Below, piece by piece: positions 9,209 to 17,336 of a stretch of 42,914 nt of DNA. A program made the position numbers and the translations under genes. Numbering within the stretch: position 1 is the first letter of the stretch; every line of letters starts with the position of its first letter. The stretch comes from an uncultured Muribaculaceae bacterium (lineage in GTDB: Bacteria; Bacillota_I; Bacilli_A; RF39; UBA660): positions 1 to 42,914 of the forward strand of contig CAZFGE010000001.1 in assembly GCA_964518415.1 (NCBI GenBank), written 5' to 3'. Below the pieces are notes generated by a model, which made no database searches, was not told where the DNA came from, and saw only the letters and a list, made by a program, of their open reading frames with translations.

Positions 9209-10741
9209 ATGAACAAGATATATAGAGTAGGAACATATTATAGATTATCTGATGAGGATAGAGAAAAAACGAGTGACTTTAGTGAGAGCATTAAAAATCA
9301 AAGAAACTTATTAATTGATTATATAAACATACATAATAATTTTATCTTAGTTGATGAGTATTGTGATGAAGATTTATCTGGAGCTGGAACATATAGACCC
9401 GAATTTGAAAGACTAATTAATGATTGTAAAAATGGCAAAATAGATATAGTATTATGTAAGAGTCAATCAAGATTTTCAAGAGATATGGAAATAATAGAAA
9501 AATATCTTCATAACTATTTTTTAGAATGGAATGTTCGATTCATAAGTATTGCTGATAATGCTGATACATCCAATCCCGGTAATAAGAAATCAAGACAAAT
9601 AAATGGACTTGTAAATGAGTGGTATTTAGAGGATGTATCAAATAATATAAGAAGTGCTTTTAAATCAAAAATGCAACAAGGCGAGTATATTTCTCCTTTT
9701 GCGCCATATGGATACTTAGTATCTAAAACAAATAATAACAAAATAGAAATTGATTATGATGCAAGTTTAATTGTAAAAGATATATTTAATTTGTATTTAA
9801 AAGGATATGGATATAAAAAAATTGCAGATATATTAAATTATAAAAATATTCCAAGTCCTTCTTATTATAAATATAAAAAAGGCGTAAAACTAAATGTTGT
9901 AAGTAATAAGAATAGATGTGATATAAAGTGGTCTAGTAATGCAATAAAAACAATTTTAACAAATGAGGTATATATTGGAAACTTAGTTCAAGGAAAGAGA
10001 ACTACAATTAGTTATAAAAATCATAAAATAATTAATAAAGATAAAAGTATGTGGATTAAAAGATGCAATACGCATGATGCTATTATAGATTCAAAAACAT
10101 TTTATAAAGTAAAAGAAGAAATAAAAAAAAGATCAAAGATATCAACAAAAACAAATATGGTACATATATTTTCAGGTAAAGTTTTTTGTGAAACCTGTAA
10201 TAAAAAATTAAGAAAGAAAAATTCTAAAAATCATAGTTACTTAGTATGTGAAAATTGTATAAATAAAAAATCAATTAGATATGATTGTTTAGAGAAAATA
10301 ATATTAGAATGTATTAATAACATTCTTATGAAAAACTTTGATATATCACTATTAAAATGTGAATTAAAAAAAAGATATAAGTCTAACACATTAGAATTAT
10401 TAAAAAAAACAAAAGAAAAAATAACAAAACAAAAAATGAATAATAAAGAGTATTTAAAAAATATTTATATAGATAAAGTAAAGGGGATTATAAATAATAA
10501 CCAGTTTAAAGAATTACTTAAAACATTTAATCAAGAATTATATAAAATCAATAATCAAATAAATGAATTAGAGTTAAAAATAAAAAAATATTCTGAAAAA
10601 ATTGATTTAAATAAATATCATAAAATAAAAACATTAAATAGATATATTGTAGATGAATTCATTGAAAAGATATATATTGGTCCAATTAATAGTTTAAATA
10701 CACGAGATATAAAGATTATTTGGAACATAAAATGTCTATAA
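9209..10741 (+). CDS. Large serine recombinase (SpoIVCA/TnpX/CcrB class)
   Basis: 510 aa. N-terminal resolvase domain with YYRLSDED (Ser nucleophile candidate) and SRFSRD. Central recombinase domain. Zinc ribbon CETCNKKL...CENC. Lys/Glu-rich coiled-coil tail. The stop codon lies inside the right terminal repeat. Confidence 0.9.
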   Translation: MNKIYRVGTYYRLSDEDREKTSDFSESIKNQRNLLIDYINIHNNFILVDEYCDEDLSGAGTYRPEFERLINDCKNGKIDIVLCKSQSRFSRDMEIIEKYLHNYFLEWNVRFISIADNADTSNPGNKKSRQINGLVNEWYLEDVSNNIRSAFKSKMQQGEYISPFAPYGYLVSKTNNNKIEIDYDASLIVKDIFNLYLKGYGYKKIADILNYKNIPSPSYYKYKKGVKLNVVSNKNRCDIKWSSNAIKTILTNEVYIGNLVQGKRTTISYKNHKIINKDKSMWIKRCNTHDAIIDSKTFYKVKEEIKKRSKISTKTNMVHIFSGKVFCETCNKKLRKKNSKNHSYLVCENCINKKSIRYDCLEKIILECINNILMKNFDISLLKCELKKRYKSNTLELLKKTKEKITKQKMNNKEYLKNIYIDKVKGIINNNQFKELLKTFNQELYKINNQINELELKIKKYSEKIDLNKYHKIKTLNRYIVDEFIEKIYIGPINSLNTRDIKIIWNIKCL

Positions 10742-10750
10742 ATTATTCAA
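10729..10750. repeat. Right terminal inverted repeat (attP-derived arm in attR)
   Basis: aaaatgtctataaattattcaa is the exact reverse complement of 3785-3806. It contains the recombinase stop codon (10739-10741). Confidence 0.9.
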
Positions 10751-11163
10751 GCAACTCTTTGTCTCATACCTCCTGATAGACTACTTGGATAACTATTAAT
10801 AAAATCTTTAAGTCCATATGTTTTAAGTAAATTCATTACATATTCTTTATTTGAACTTGTTAATTCACCCTTTATCTCAAGTCCAAGTAGACAGTTTTTA
10901 TAAATGGTTCTAAAGTCAAGTAGACTATCATCTTGTAACATATATCCAATATTATTATCTTTGCTATATTCAATACTACCTTCTGATTTATCAAGTAATC
11001 CACATAGTATAGATAAAATTGTTGACTTCCCACATCCACTAGGCCCTACAATAGATACAAATTCTCCTTCTTTTAAATTAAAAGAGAAATCTTTAACAGC
11101 TTCTATCTCAGCATCTTTAGTATGGTATATTTTTTTTAAGTTTTTAATTTTTAAAATATCCAC
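10747..11163 (-). pseudogene. ABC transporter ATP-binding protein, N-terminal fragment (gene split by the inserted element)
   Basis: Walker A GPSGCGKST, Q-loop region MLQDD, signature LSGGMRQRVA. A TGA supplied by element DNA follows immediately. Confidence 0.9.
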
Positions 11164-11223
11164 TATATACCTCCTAGCTAATTTATAATATGTTTTATAT
11201 AATTATTTGAATATGTGAATAAA

Positions 11224-11257
11224 CTAAAAAAAGGAAATAAATTATTTGTTTATTTCC
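11224..11257 (-). terminator. Rho-independent terminator of the glycosyltransferase gene
   Basis: Stem aggaaataaa (11231-11240) / tttatttcct (11248-11257), with a T-run on the minus strand (complement of 11224-11230). Confidence 0.6.
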
Positions 11258-12330
11258 TTTAATATTATTTTTTTATTATCCTTTAGTCTTTTAATATTTG
11301 GACTTATTTTAATTGCTTTATCAATACATTCTAAAGCCTCTTTATAATTGTTTTCATAAAAGTAAGCAACTGATAATAAATCATAAATAGTATGATCCCA
11401 GCTAAATACTTCATTTATATATGATTTATAATGTGTTTTAATTTTTAAAGCTTCATTACAGTAAAATATTACATCTTTATAATTACCTAACTTATATTCT
11501 AAAAGAGCACGTTCTACAAAACTATCACGTAGATATGGAGCTTCTTTTATTGCTTTATCTAGCCACATTCTTGCCTCATCATATCTTTTTAATGCTTTAT
11601 ATGAACGAGCTATAAATCTCATTGATGCACATCGCTCATCTTTCCATGTCGCGCTTTTTAAATTTAAATGTTTAATTAGCGTATCTATTGCTTTATTCCA
11701 TTTTCTATAATACATATATTCTCTTCCTAAATAATGCATATTTCTATCATCTTCAGGATCTTCTTTTACTGATAGTTCTAATAAGGGTAAATAATTAGAT
11801 CTAGATTTTGTTTTATCTGGATAATGATTAACTGTAATATTGTCAGTATATACTTTTATTTCTTTTTTATTACCAATATATTTTAATGTTTCATGTACAG
11901 GATGAATCCAAATATAATCGTCTCGACTATGTATTTTTTCAATGTAAAAATTAACTTTTGGCGTGTTATTTTCATCTAATATCCAATTATAGTTATAAGC
12001 TAATCTAGTTGTATAAGTATTCCATGTTTTCTCAAGTTCATCTCTCCATCCTGGATTAAATACTTCATCTAAATCAGTACATACGCATATATCAGCATCC
12101 ATTGGTACCATAGAAAGTGACTCACATCTTGCTTTATCAAATCTCCAAGGTGTAATAATGTGCTCTTTAACATGAATGTTATGTTCTTTTAATTTTTTAA
12201 CAGTATTATCTGTTGAGCCTGTATCTAGGACATATATTTCATCTGCTTCTTTCATTGATTCATACCATTTATCTACATGTTTTTCTTCATTTTTACTTAT
12301 GGCATATACACAAACTTTGTATTTTTTCAT
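11242..12330 (-). CDS. Family-2 glycosyltransferase with C-terminal TPR repeats
   Basis: N-terminal GT-A signature (VCVYAISKNEEKHV...LDTGSTDNT...CTDLDE). The C-terminal half has TPR-like Y/A/L periodicity. Directly downstream of, and co-oriented with, the collagen-like gene. Confidence 0.7.
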   Translation of the reverse strand: MKKYKVCVYAISKNEEKHVDKWYESMKEADEIYVLDTGSTDNTVKKLKEHNIHVKEHIITPWRFDKARCESLSMVPMDADICVCTDLDEVFNPGWRDELEKTWNTYTTRLAYNYNWILDENNTPKVNFYIEKIHSRDDYIWIHPVHETLKYIGNKKEIKVYTDNITVNHYPDKTKSRSNYLPLLELSVKEDPEDDRNMHYLGREYMYYRKWNKAIDTLIKHLNLKSATWKDERCASMRFIARSYKALKRYDEARMWLDKAIKEAPYLRDSFVERALLEYKLGNYKDVIFYCNEALKIKTHYKSYINEVFSWDHTIYDLLSVAYFYENNYKEALECIDKAIKISPNIKRLKDNKKIILKEINK

Positions 12331-12332
12331 AT

Positions 12333-12935
12333 TTATGGAGTAGGACCAGTTGGACCTTGTGGAATTGTTAGATTTAGGACAAAGTTAGGCGCAGTTCCTG
12401 TAATAGTTGCTGCAGCATCAGTACCAGGATCCCCAGTTGTAACTGTACCAATTGTAAGTGTTGGTGTTTCACCATCAATACCAGCGGGACCAGTAGGACC
12501 GATTTCTCCAGCAGGACCAGTAGGACCGGTAGGACCAGTAGGACCAGTAGCTCCGTCAACACCATCAATACCAGCAGGACCAGTAGGACCAATTTCTCCA
12601 GCAGGACCAGCAGGTCCAGTAGGGCCAGTAGCTCCGTCAACACCATCAATGCCAGCAGGACCAGTAGGTCCAATTTCACCTTCAGGTATAGTAAAGTCTA
12701 AAATAACATCTTCATCAGTACCAACATTTGTAACAAGTGCATCAGTACCAGCTGCTCCAGTTGTTGTTGTACCAATAGTGATAGTAGCAGGTCCTGCAGG
12801 ACCAGTAGGTCCAGTAGGTCCTATAATTACTTGACTCATACCGTTTAGACATTTTCTATCTCTTTTAATTTTTTCATATACACGTTCTAAATTTCTACCA
12901 CATCTATCATCACAACAATTTAAATTATCATTCAT
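12333..12935 (-). CDS. Collagen triple-helix repeat protein (BclA-like exosporium/surface glycoprotein candidate)
   Basis: Runs of [14 protein letters not shown] triplets interrupted by two paralogous Thr-rich beta segments ([28 protein letters not shown] and [28 protein letters not shown]). Cys-rich N-terminal region. Confidence 0.85.
   Translation of the reverse strand: MNDNLNCCDDRCGRNLERVYEKIKRDRKCLNGMSQVIIGPTGPTGPAGPATITIGTTTTGAAGTDALVTNVGTDEDVILDFTIPEGEIGPTGPAGIDGVDGATGPTGPAGPAGEIGPTGPAGIDGVDGATGPTGPTGPTGPAGEIGPTGPAGIDGETPTLTIGTVTTGDPGTDAAATITGTAPNFVLNLTIPQGPTGPTP
12472..12680 (-). repeat. Tandem DNA repeat inside the collagen-like gene (90-bp unit, 81-bp unit, partial third unit)
   Basis: Units start with ccatcaata/ccatcaatg at 12472, 12562 and 12643. 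They encode [23 protein letters not shown]... and differ by three GXY triplets. Confidence 0.85.
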
Positions 12936-13036
12936 AAAATATCTCCTTTCTAACTTATTTTATGAATCATTATTACCACTGATAATTAATATAGTCTAAA
13001 TTAAAGTAAGATGAATAAAATTAAATAGGTGATTAT

Positions 13037-13849
13037 ATGTCAAAGATAGGTGTAATATCTGATGTACATGCAAATATAGATGCTCTAGAGTTAGTACTTA
13101 AAGATATGGAGATAAATGGTGTTGATGAAATTATTTGTTTAGGTGATTTAGTAACTAAGTATTTTTATCCAAAAGAGAGTGTAGATGCTATTAAAGAGAA
13201 TTGTTCTATTGTAGTAAAAGGTAATTGTGATGATTTAGTAGCTAATGATGAGAGATATAAATATGCAAGAGGAAAACTAGGACTTAGTAGAATTGAATAT
13301 TTAGATAATCTACCACTTAGTTATAATATGAAACTAAATAATGTAAATTTTAACATGTTTCATGCAACACCAAACTCATTAGATAAAATATTTAATCCAT
13401 TATTTTTAAAAAATGAATTGACGCCTTATAAAGACAAAATAATAACTGATCCAAATGAAATGTTTAAGAGTGATAATGAGGTAGTATTGTGTGCTCATAC
13501 ACATCAAAGCTATGTTGGAAGAGTTAAAGATAATGAGTTTAAACTACTTATGAACAATGTCATTTTAGAAGGTGATGAAAAAGTAATTATAAATGTTGGT
13601 AGTGCGGGTGAACATAGTCACATGACATGTTTTAATGATAAGGTAGAAACTATAATAGATCCTATTTTAACGTATCTAACTATTGAAAATATGAATGACT
13701 TTTTATATGCAAGAATTAAGTATGTTCCATATAAAGAAACGTTAAAAAAGGTCTATTTAGATATTTTAAAAAAAGAGCGTGAATCACTTATACCATATTC
13801 TCCAAGAGATAAAGAGAAAATAGAGAAGTCTCTTAAATTAATGAGGTAA
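13037..13849 (+). CDS. Metallophosphoesterase (YfcE/MJ0936-like calcineurin-fold phosphoesterase)
   Basis: Motifs GVISDVHAN, CLGDLV, GNCD, CAHTH, GSAG in canonical order. Confidence 0.75.
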   Translation: MSKIGVISDVHANIDALELVLKDMEINGVDEIICLGDLVTKYFYPKESVDAIKENCSIVVKGNCDDLVANDERYKYARGKLGLSRIEYLDNLPLSYNMKLNNVNFNMFHATPNSLDKIFNPLFLKNELTPYKDKIITDPNEMFKSDNEVVLCAHTHQSYVGRVKDNEFKLLMNNVILEGDEKVIINVGSAGEHSHMTCFNDKVETIIDPILTYLTIENMNDFLYARIKYVPYKETLKKVYLDILKKERESLIPYSPRDKEKIEKSLKLMR

Positions 13850-13852
13850 TTT

Positions 13853-14887
13853 ATGAATATATTTAAAATTATAAAAACAAAAATATTATATAAAAAATCA
13901 TTTAAAGATGAAGTGATTAATCCTTTAAATGTAAGCTTTTTAAATTTAATAAAAAAAACAGATAAATATAGAAGTATAGGAGTTGAATTTGTTAAAAGTA
14001 GAAAGTATGCAGTAGTTATTATGGCAGGTGGAATGGGTAGTAGACTAGGATTTGATATTCCAAAAGGTTGCATTAAAATAAATGATAAATCTTTATTTGA
14101 AATATATGTTGATAATTTAAAAAAAATTAATAATGAATTAAATATAGAAATTCCTATATATATCATGACATCAAAAAATAACAACAATTCCACACAAAAC
14201 TTTTTTAAAAGTAATAATTTCTTTAGTTATCCACAAGATAAAGTTAAATTTTTTATTCAAGATGAACTTCCTATTTTAAATAAAAGTGGAAAAGTAATAA
14301 AAGAGAGAAAATCTATATTAATGGGACCAAATGGTAATGGAGATGTATTTAAGTCTTTAAAAAGAAATAATTTAATAAATGATATGAAATTAAATAATAT
14401 TGAATATGTTTTATTTGTTAATATAGATAATCCTCTAAATAATTTAATTGATTTTGACTTTATAGGAGCAACTATAGCTAAAAAATATAAATTATCATCT
14501 AAAACTATTAAGCTAGATAAACCAAATGAATGGATATTTATAAAATATAATAAAAGACCTTATATGTTACCTTTGGGTTATATAGGTAAGTTTTTTAATA
14601 AATTAGTAAATGGTGAATACTTATATAGATATAAAAACATTTCATATCATTTAATACATATAGATTTAATTGAAAAGTTTTCTAAAATTAATCTTAAATA
14701 TCATAGAGCATATAAGCTAACTAAAATAGATAAAGATAAAGAAATTGAATCATTTAAATTTGAAAAGTTTATATTTGATGCATTTTACTATGCAGATGAT
14801 ATGTTATTATATGAGACAGATAATAAAGAATTTTATCCAATAAAAACAAATAAAGATTTAAATCAATTAAAAAAAAATAACCTTTAA
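13853..14887 (+). CDS. UDP-sugar / UDP-N-acetylhexosamine pyrophosphorylase (UDPGP family, eukaryotic-type UAP-like)
   Basis: MAGGMGSRLG...PKG nucleotide-binding loop. MTS...FF..Q..LP and GPNGNGDVFKSL motifs parallel UAP1/UDPGP enzymes. Confidence 0.7.
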   Translation: MNIFKIIKTKILYKKSFKDEVINPLNVSFLNLIKKTDKYRSIGVEFVKSRKYAVVIMAGGMGSRLGFDIPKGCIKINDKSLFEIYVDNLKKINNELNIEIPIYIMTSKNNNNSTQNFFKSNNFFSYPQDKVKFFIQDELPILNKSGKVIKERKSILMGPNGNGDVFKSLKRNNLINDMKLNNIEYVLFVNIDNPLNNLIDFDFIGATIAKKYKLSSKTIKLDKPNEWIFIKYNKRPYMLPLGYIGKFFNKLVNGEYLYRYKNISYHLIHIDLIEKFSKINLKYHRAYKLTKIDKDKEIESFKFEKFIFDAFYYADDMLLYETDNKEFYPIKTNKDLNQLKKNNL

Positions 14888-14889
14888 GG

Positions 14890-15708
14890 TTATTTTATTG
14901 TTTCTAATATTTTATTATTATTTATTTCTTTTAGACTTTTTTTAGGTGTTGGTAATTCCTCAGGCATAGTACCACCATTTTTCTTTATAACATCACGAAC
15001 ATTTTTACCAACTTCATAGTGGGCTTTATTTGCATTTATCTGACCATTTATTTTTTCATTTTTAATTTTAGATTCAGTTTGTACTATTCTAAATAGATTA
15101 TCAGCAAGTTCTTCACTTCCCATGTTATCTAGTATATCTTCTCTATAGCGAAGATTTTTTCTTTTAGCTATATCATTTGCAGTCTCACCATTATAAAGTC
15201 CTTTATATCCAGCATTATGAAATTTATCAAAATTCTTAACTCCTGCTTTTAAAGCGGCTTGATTTAATTCATAGTTTCCCAATTTGGTTAAACTTCTTAT
15301 GTATAATCTTTTTTCATCTTCTGATAATTTATTATACGCACTTTCTAATATTTCTTGACGTCTAGTTTGTATAGCAAAATAGGTTTGAGCAAGTGCTACT
15401 ACTTCTTTCCTAGAATCAGCATTTTGAGCAATTAGGTAACATGCATAACGAGATAATTTATAGTCATTTACTTTTCTTTTTGCACTCTTAGCTATATTTA
15501 TCATTCCGCTCATATGGACGAAATGATCTGTTATTTTTTGATTACTTTTTATGCATGCATCAATAGCTTTTTTTATAACAGGTAAAAATTTTCTATACTC
15601 AGTATATTCTAATACTTTTTGAAGTTCTCTTGCACTCCAGTATTCATTATCATCTTCATCAATATGTTTAATATTATCAAATAATATTTTATTTTCAAGT
15701 TTAGTCAT
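14890..15708 (-). CDS. dinD: DNA-damage-inducible protein D
   Basis: Collinear similarity to E. coli DinD: YWSARELQKVLEY, DHFV, KLSRYACYLIAQNADSRKEVVALAQTYFAIQTRRQE. Confidence 0.8.
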   Translation of the reverse strand: MTKLENKILFDNIKHIDEDDNEYWSARELQKVLEYTEYRKFLPVIKKAIDACIKSNQKITDHFVHMSGMINIAKSAKRKVNDYKLSRYACYLIAQNADSRKEVVALAQTYFAIQTRRQEILESAYNKLSEDEKRLYIRSLTKLGNYELNQAALKAGVKNFDKFHNAGYKGLYNGETANDIAKRKNLRYREDILDNMGSEELADNLFRIVQTESKIKNEKINGQINANKAHYEVGKNVRDVIKKNGGTMPEELPTPKKSLKEINNNKILETIK

Positions 15709-15791
15709 ATAAACCCTCCTTTGTGATTGCTTATTATATATAATTGTTATGTTGATATTTGTTGAATAGTGTTAATAATTTATTTTTATTT

Positions 15792-15819
15792 AAAAAAAAC
15801 ACTTACATTTGTAAGTGTT
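15792..15819 (-). terminator. Rho-independent terminator of the substrate-binding-protein gene
   Basis: Stem aacacttac (15798-15806) / gtaagtgtt (15811-15819), with a minus-strand T-run (complement of 15792-15797). Confidence 0.7.
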
Positions 15820-15823
15820 TAGT

Positions 15824-16798
15824 TTATATGTTTTTAACTAATTTATTATAGTCAACAAATTTATCTAATTCTTTTGCATTTTTAATAATCTCTTCTATGT
15901 GTTCAAAATCTTTTTTATCAATATAAGTAGTATCATACCAAGCATCTATATCCATATAGTTTTGAACCATTTTCTCTAAATCATTTATAGATGAATCAGG
16001 AAAATAACTACTAATTTTTAAAGCAACATCATGAGCACTATTTTTATGAATATAATTTAAGGCTTTATTAATAGCTGTTTTAAATCCTTTTAATTCTTTT
16101 AAATGTTTATCAATATAACTTTTCTTAGCGTTATAAGCTGTATATGGAACATCTCCTCCAAGTTTTCCAACAGAAGCTACAATATAACCATATCCTTGAT
16201 TAACAAGGCTAGTTGCAGTTGGTTCAAATAAAGCAACAAAGTCTCCATTACCACCTATAAAAGCACCAGTTGTTGCGCTAAAGTCATAACTAGTATCAAA
16301 ATTCATATCAGTAGTTTTAAGTCCATTTTTATTAATTGCATATTCAAGCGTCATAGCAGGCATTCCAGCTTTCCTTCCAGCTATTATGTGTTTTCCCTTT
16401 AAGTCACTTACCTTAAAGTTTTTAATTTTTTCTCTTGAAACTAAGAAACTACCATCTCTTTTAGTTAAGCCTGCAAAGTTAACTAAATAGTCTTTCTCAC
16501 CATTCTTATATACATATATAGTTGCTTCACTACCACAAAATCCAATATCTACATCACCTGATAATACACTAGCTGTTACTTTATCCGCACCAGGTGTTAG
16601 AATAAATTCAACATCCAATCCTTCATCTTTAAAGTAACCTAATGAATCAGCTAAATATTGTGGTGCATAAAAAATAGAGTGAGTAACTTCAGCTACCTTA
16701 ATCTTTTTAAGTGAATTATTTTCATCTTTTCTTTTAATTAAAATAGCTGTTGATATAATTACTAAAATAAGAACAATAGGTATAAATATTTTCTTCAT
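15824..16798 (-). CDS. ABC transporter substrate-binding protein, NMT1/THI5-like (SsuA/TauA/ThiY-type)
   Basis: N-terminal signal anchor and a periplasmic-binding fold of about 300 aa. Same transporter family as the permease and ATPase at 2668-3781 and 10747-11163. Confidence 0.75.
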   Translation of the reverse strand: MKKIFIPIVLILVIISTAILIKRKDENNSLKKIKVAEVTHSIFYAPQYLADSLGYFKDEGLDVEFILTPGADKVTASVLSGDVDIGFCGSEATIYVYKNGEKDYLVNFAGLTKRDGSFLVSREKIKNFKVSDLKGKHIIAGRKAGMPAMTLEYAINKNGLKTTDMNFDTSYDFSATTGAFIGGNGDFVALFEPTATSLVNQGYGYIVASVGKLGGDVPYTAYNAKKSYIDKHLKELKGFKTAINKALNYIHKNSAHDVALKISSYFPDSSINDLEKMVQNYMDIDAWYDTTYIDKKDFEHIEEIIKNAKELDKFVDYNKLVKNI

Positions 16799-16837
16799 AA
16801 CATCCTCCCATATGTATTATATTCAAGAGTTTTATAA

Positions 16838-16866
16838 TTGACATTAAATAAATAGTTTGATATAAT
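16838..16866 (+). promoter_or_regulatory. Consensus sigma-A promoter of the marR-ABC exporter operon
   Basis: TTGACA (16838-16843), 17-nt spacer, TATAAT (16861-16866). Confidence 0.7.
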
Positions 16867-16867
16867 C

Positions 16868-16881
16868 GTTAGGTGCCTAAC
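16868..16881. promoter_or_regulatory. Candidate MarR operator
   Basis: Inverted repeat GTTAGG-TG-CCTAAC, starting 2 nt after the -10 hexamer. Confidence 0.45.
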
Positions 16882-16896
16882 AAAAAGAGGTGAAGT

Positions 16897-17334
16897 ATGA
16901 AGAGTATAGGATTTGAAATAAAAGAAATTAATGATTTAATTATAAAAAAGATGATGAGGTCTGCAGTATGTGAAAAAAGATGCATGATATCTCCAACACA
17001 AGTAAAAATAATAGAGTATTTGTGTAAATCCAAAGATGAAACAGTTTATCAAAAAGATATTGAAAAAACACTTAATTTAAAAAGATCAACTGTATCAGGT
17101 ATTTTAGATACAATGGAGAAAAATAATTTAATATCAAGAAAAAGCGTTAAAGAAGATTTAAGGTTAAAAGAAATTATTTTAACTGATTATGCTATTGATA
17201 AGTTAAATTTAATTAAAAGAAAAATAAAAGAAATTAATAATGCACTTGGAAAAAACATAAGTGAAGATGATTTAAAAGTTTTTTATAGAGTAACAAAGCA
17301 GATAAAACAAAATATTATAAATGAGGAGGTTTAA
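16897..17334 (+). CDS. MarR-family transcriptional regulator
   Basis: 145 aa with a winged-helix core (QVKIIEYL...YQKDIEKTLNLKRSTVSGILDTMEKNNLISR). Precedes the exporter genes. Confidence 0.85.
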   Translation: MKSIGFEIKEINDLIIKKMMRSAVCEKRCMISPTQVKIIEYLCKSKDETVYQKDIEKTLNLKRSTVSGILDTMEKNNLISRKSVKEDLRLKEIILTDYAIDKLNLIKRKIKEINNALGKNISEDDLKVFYRVTKQIKQNIINEEV

Positions 17335-17336
17335 TT

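Larger units (their letters stand above)
3775..10756. mobile_element. Integrated element of about 7.0 kb mobilised by a large serine recombinase, inserted in the ABC ATPase gene
   Basis: AAGCAACT lies at both junctions (3775-3782 and 10749-10756). 22-bp perfect terminal inverted repeats lie at 3785-3806 and 10729-10750. The recombinase gene abuts the right end. The flanks join into one continuous ATPase ORF. Confidence 0.85.

Noticed and set aside
9514-9741. A 75-aa minus-strand ORF.
   Set aside because: It is antisense within the serine recombinase gene.
10904-11188. A 94-aa plus-strand ORF.
   Set aside because: It is antisense to the ATPase N-terminal fragment, which has clear Walker A and signature motifs.
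12277-12834. A 185-aa plus-strand ORF (and a 101-aa minus-strand ORF at 12374-12679) across the collagen repeat.
   Set aside because: These are shadow frames of the GXY-repeat gene. Their low-complexity PVGP / LLVL translations are produced by the repeat itself. The minus-strand GPTGPAG frame has a proper start, N- and C-terminal non-repeat domains, and operon context.
13753-14193. A 146-aa minus-strand ORF.
   Set aside because: It is antisense across the phosphoesterase/UDPGP junction. Both plus-strand genes carry clear catalytic motifs.
11242-15708. The collagen/glycosyltransferase/dinD block, considered as a second mobile insertion separating the substrate-binding-protein gene from the ATPase and permease genes.
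   Set aside because: I found no recombinase, flanking repeats or truncated genes. The substrate-binding-protein gene has its own terminator, and split transporter loci are common. I keep this only as a positional remark.
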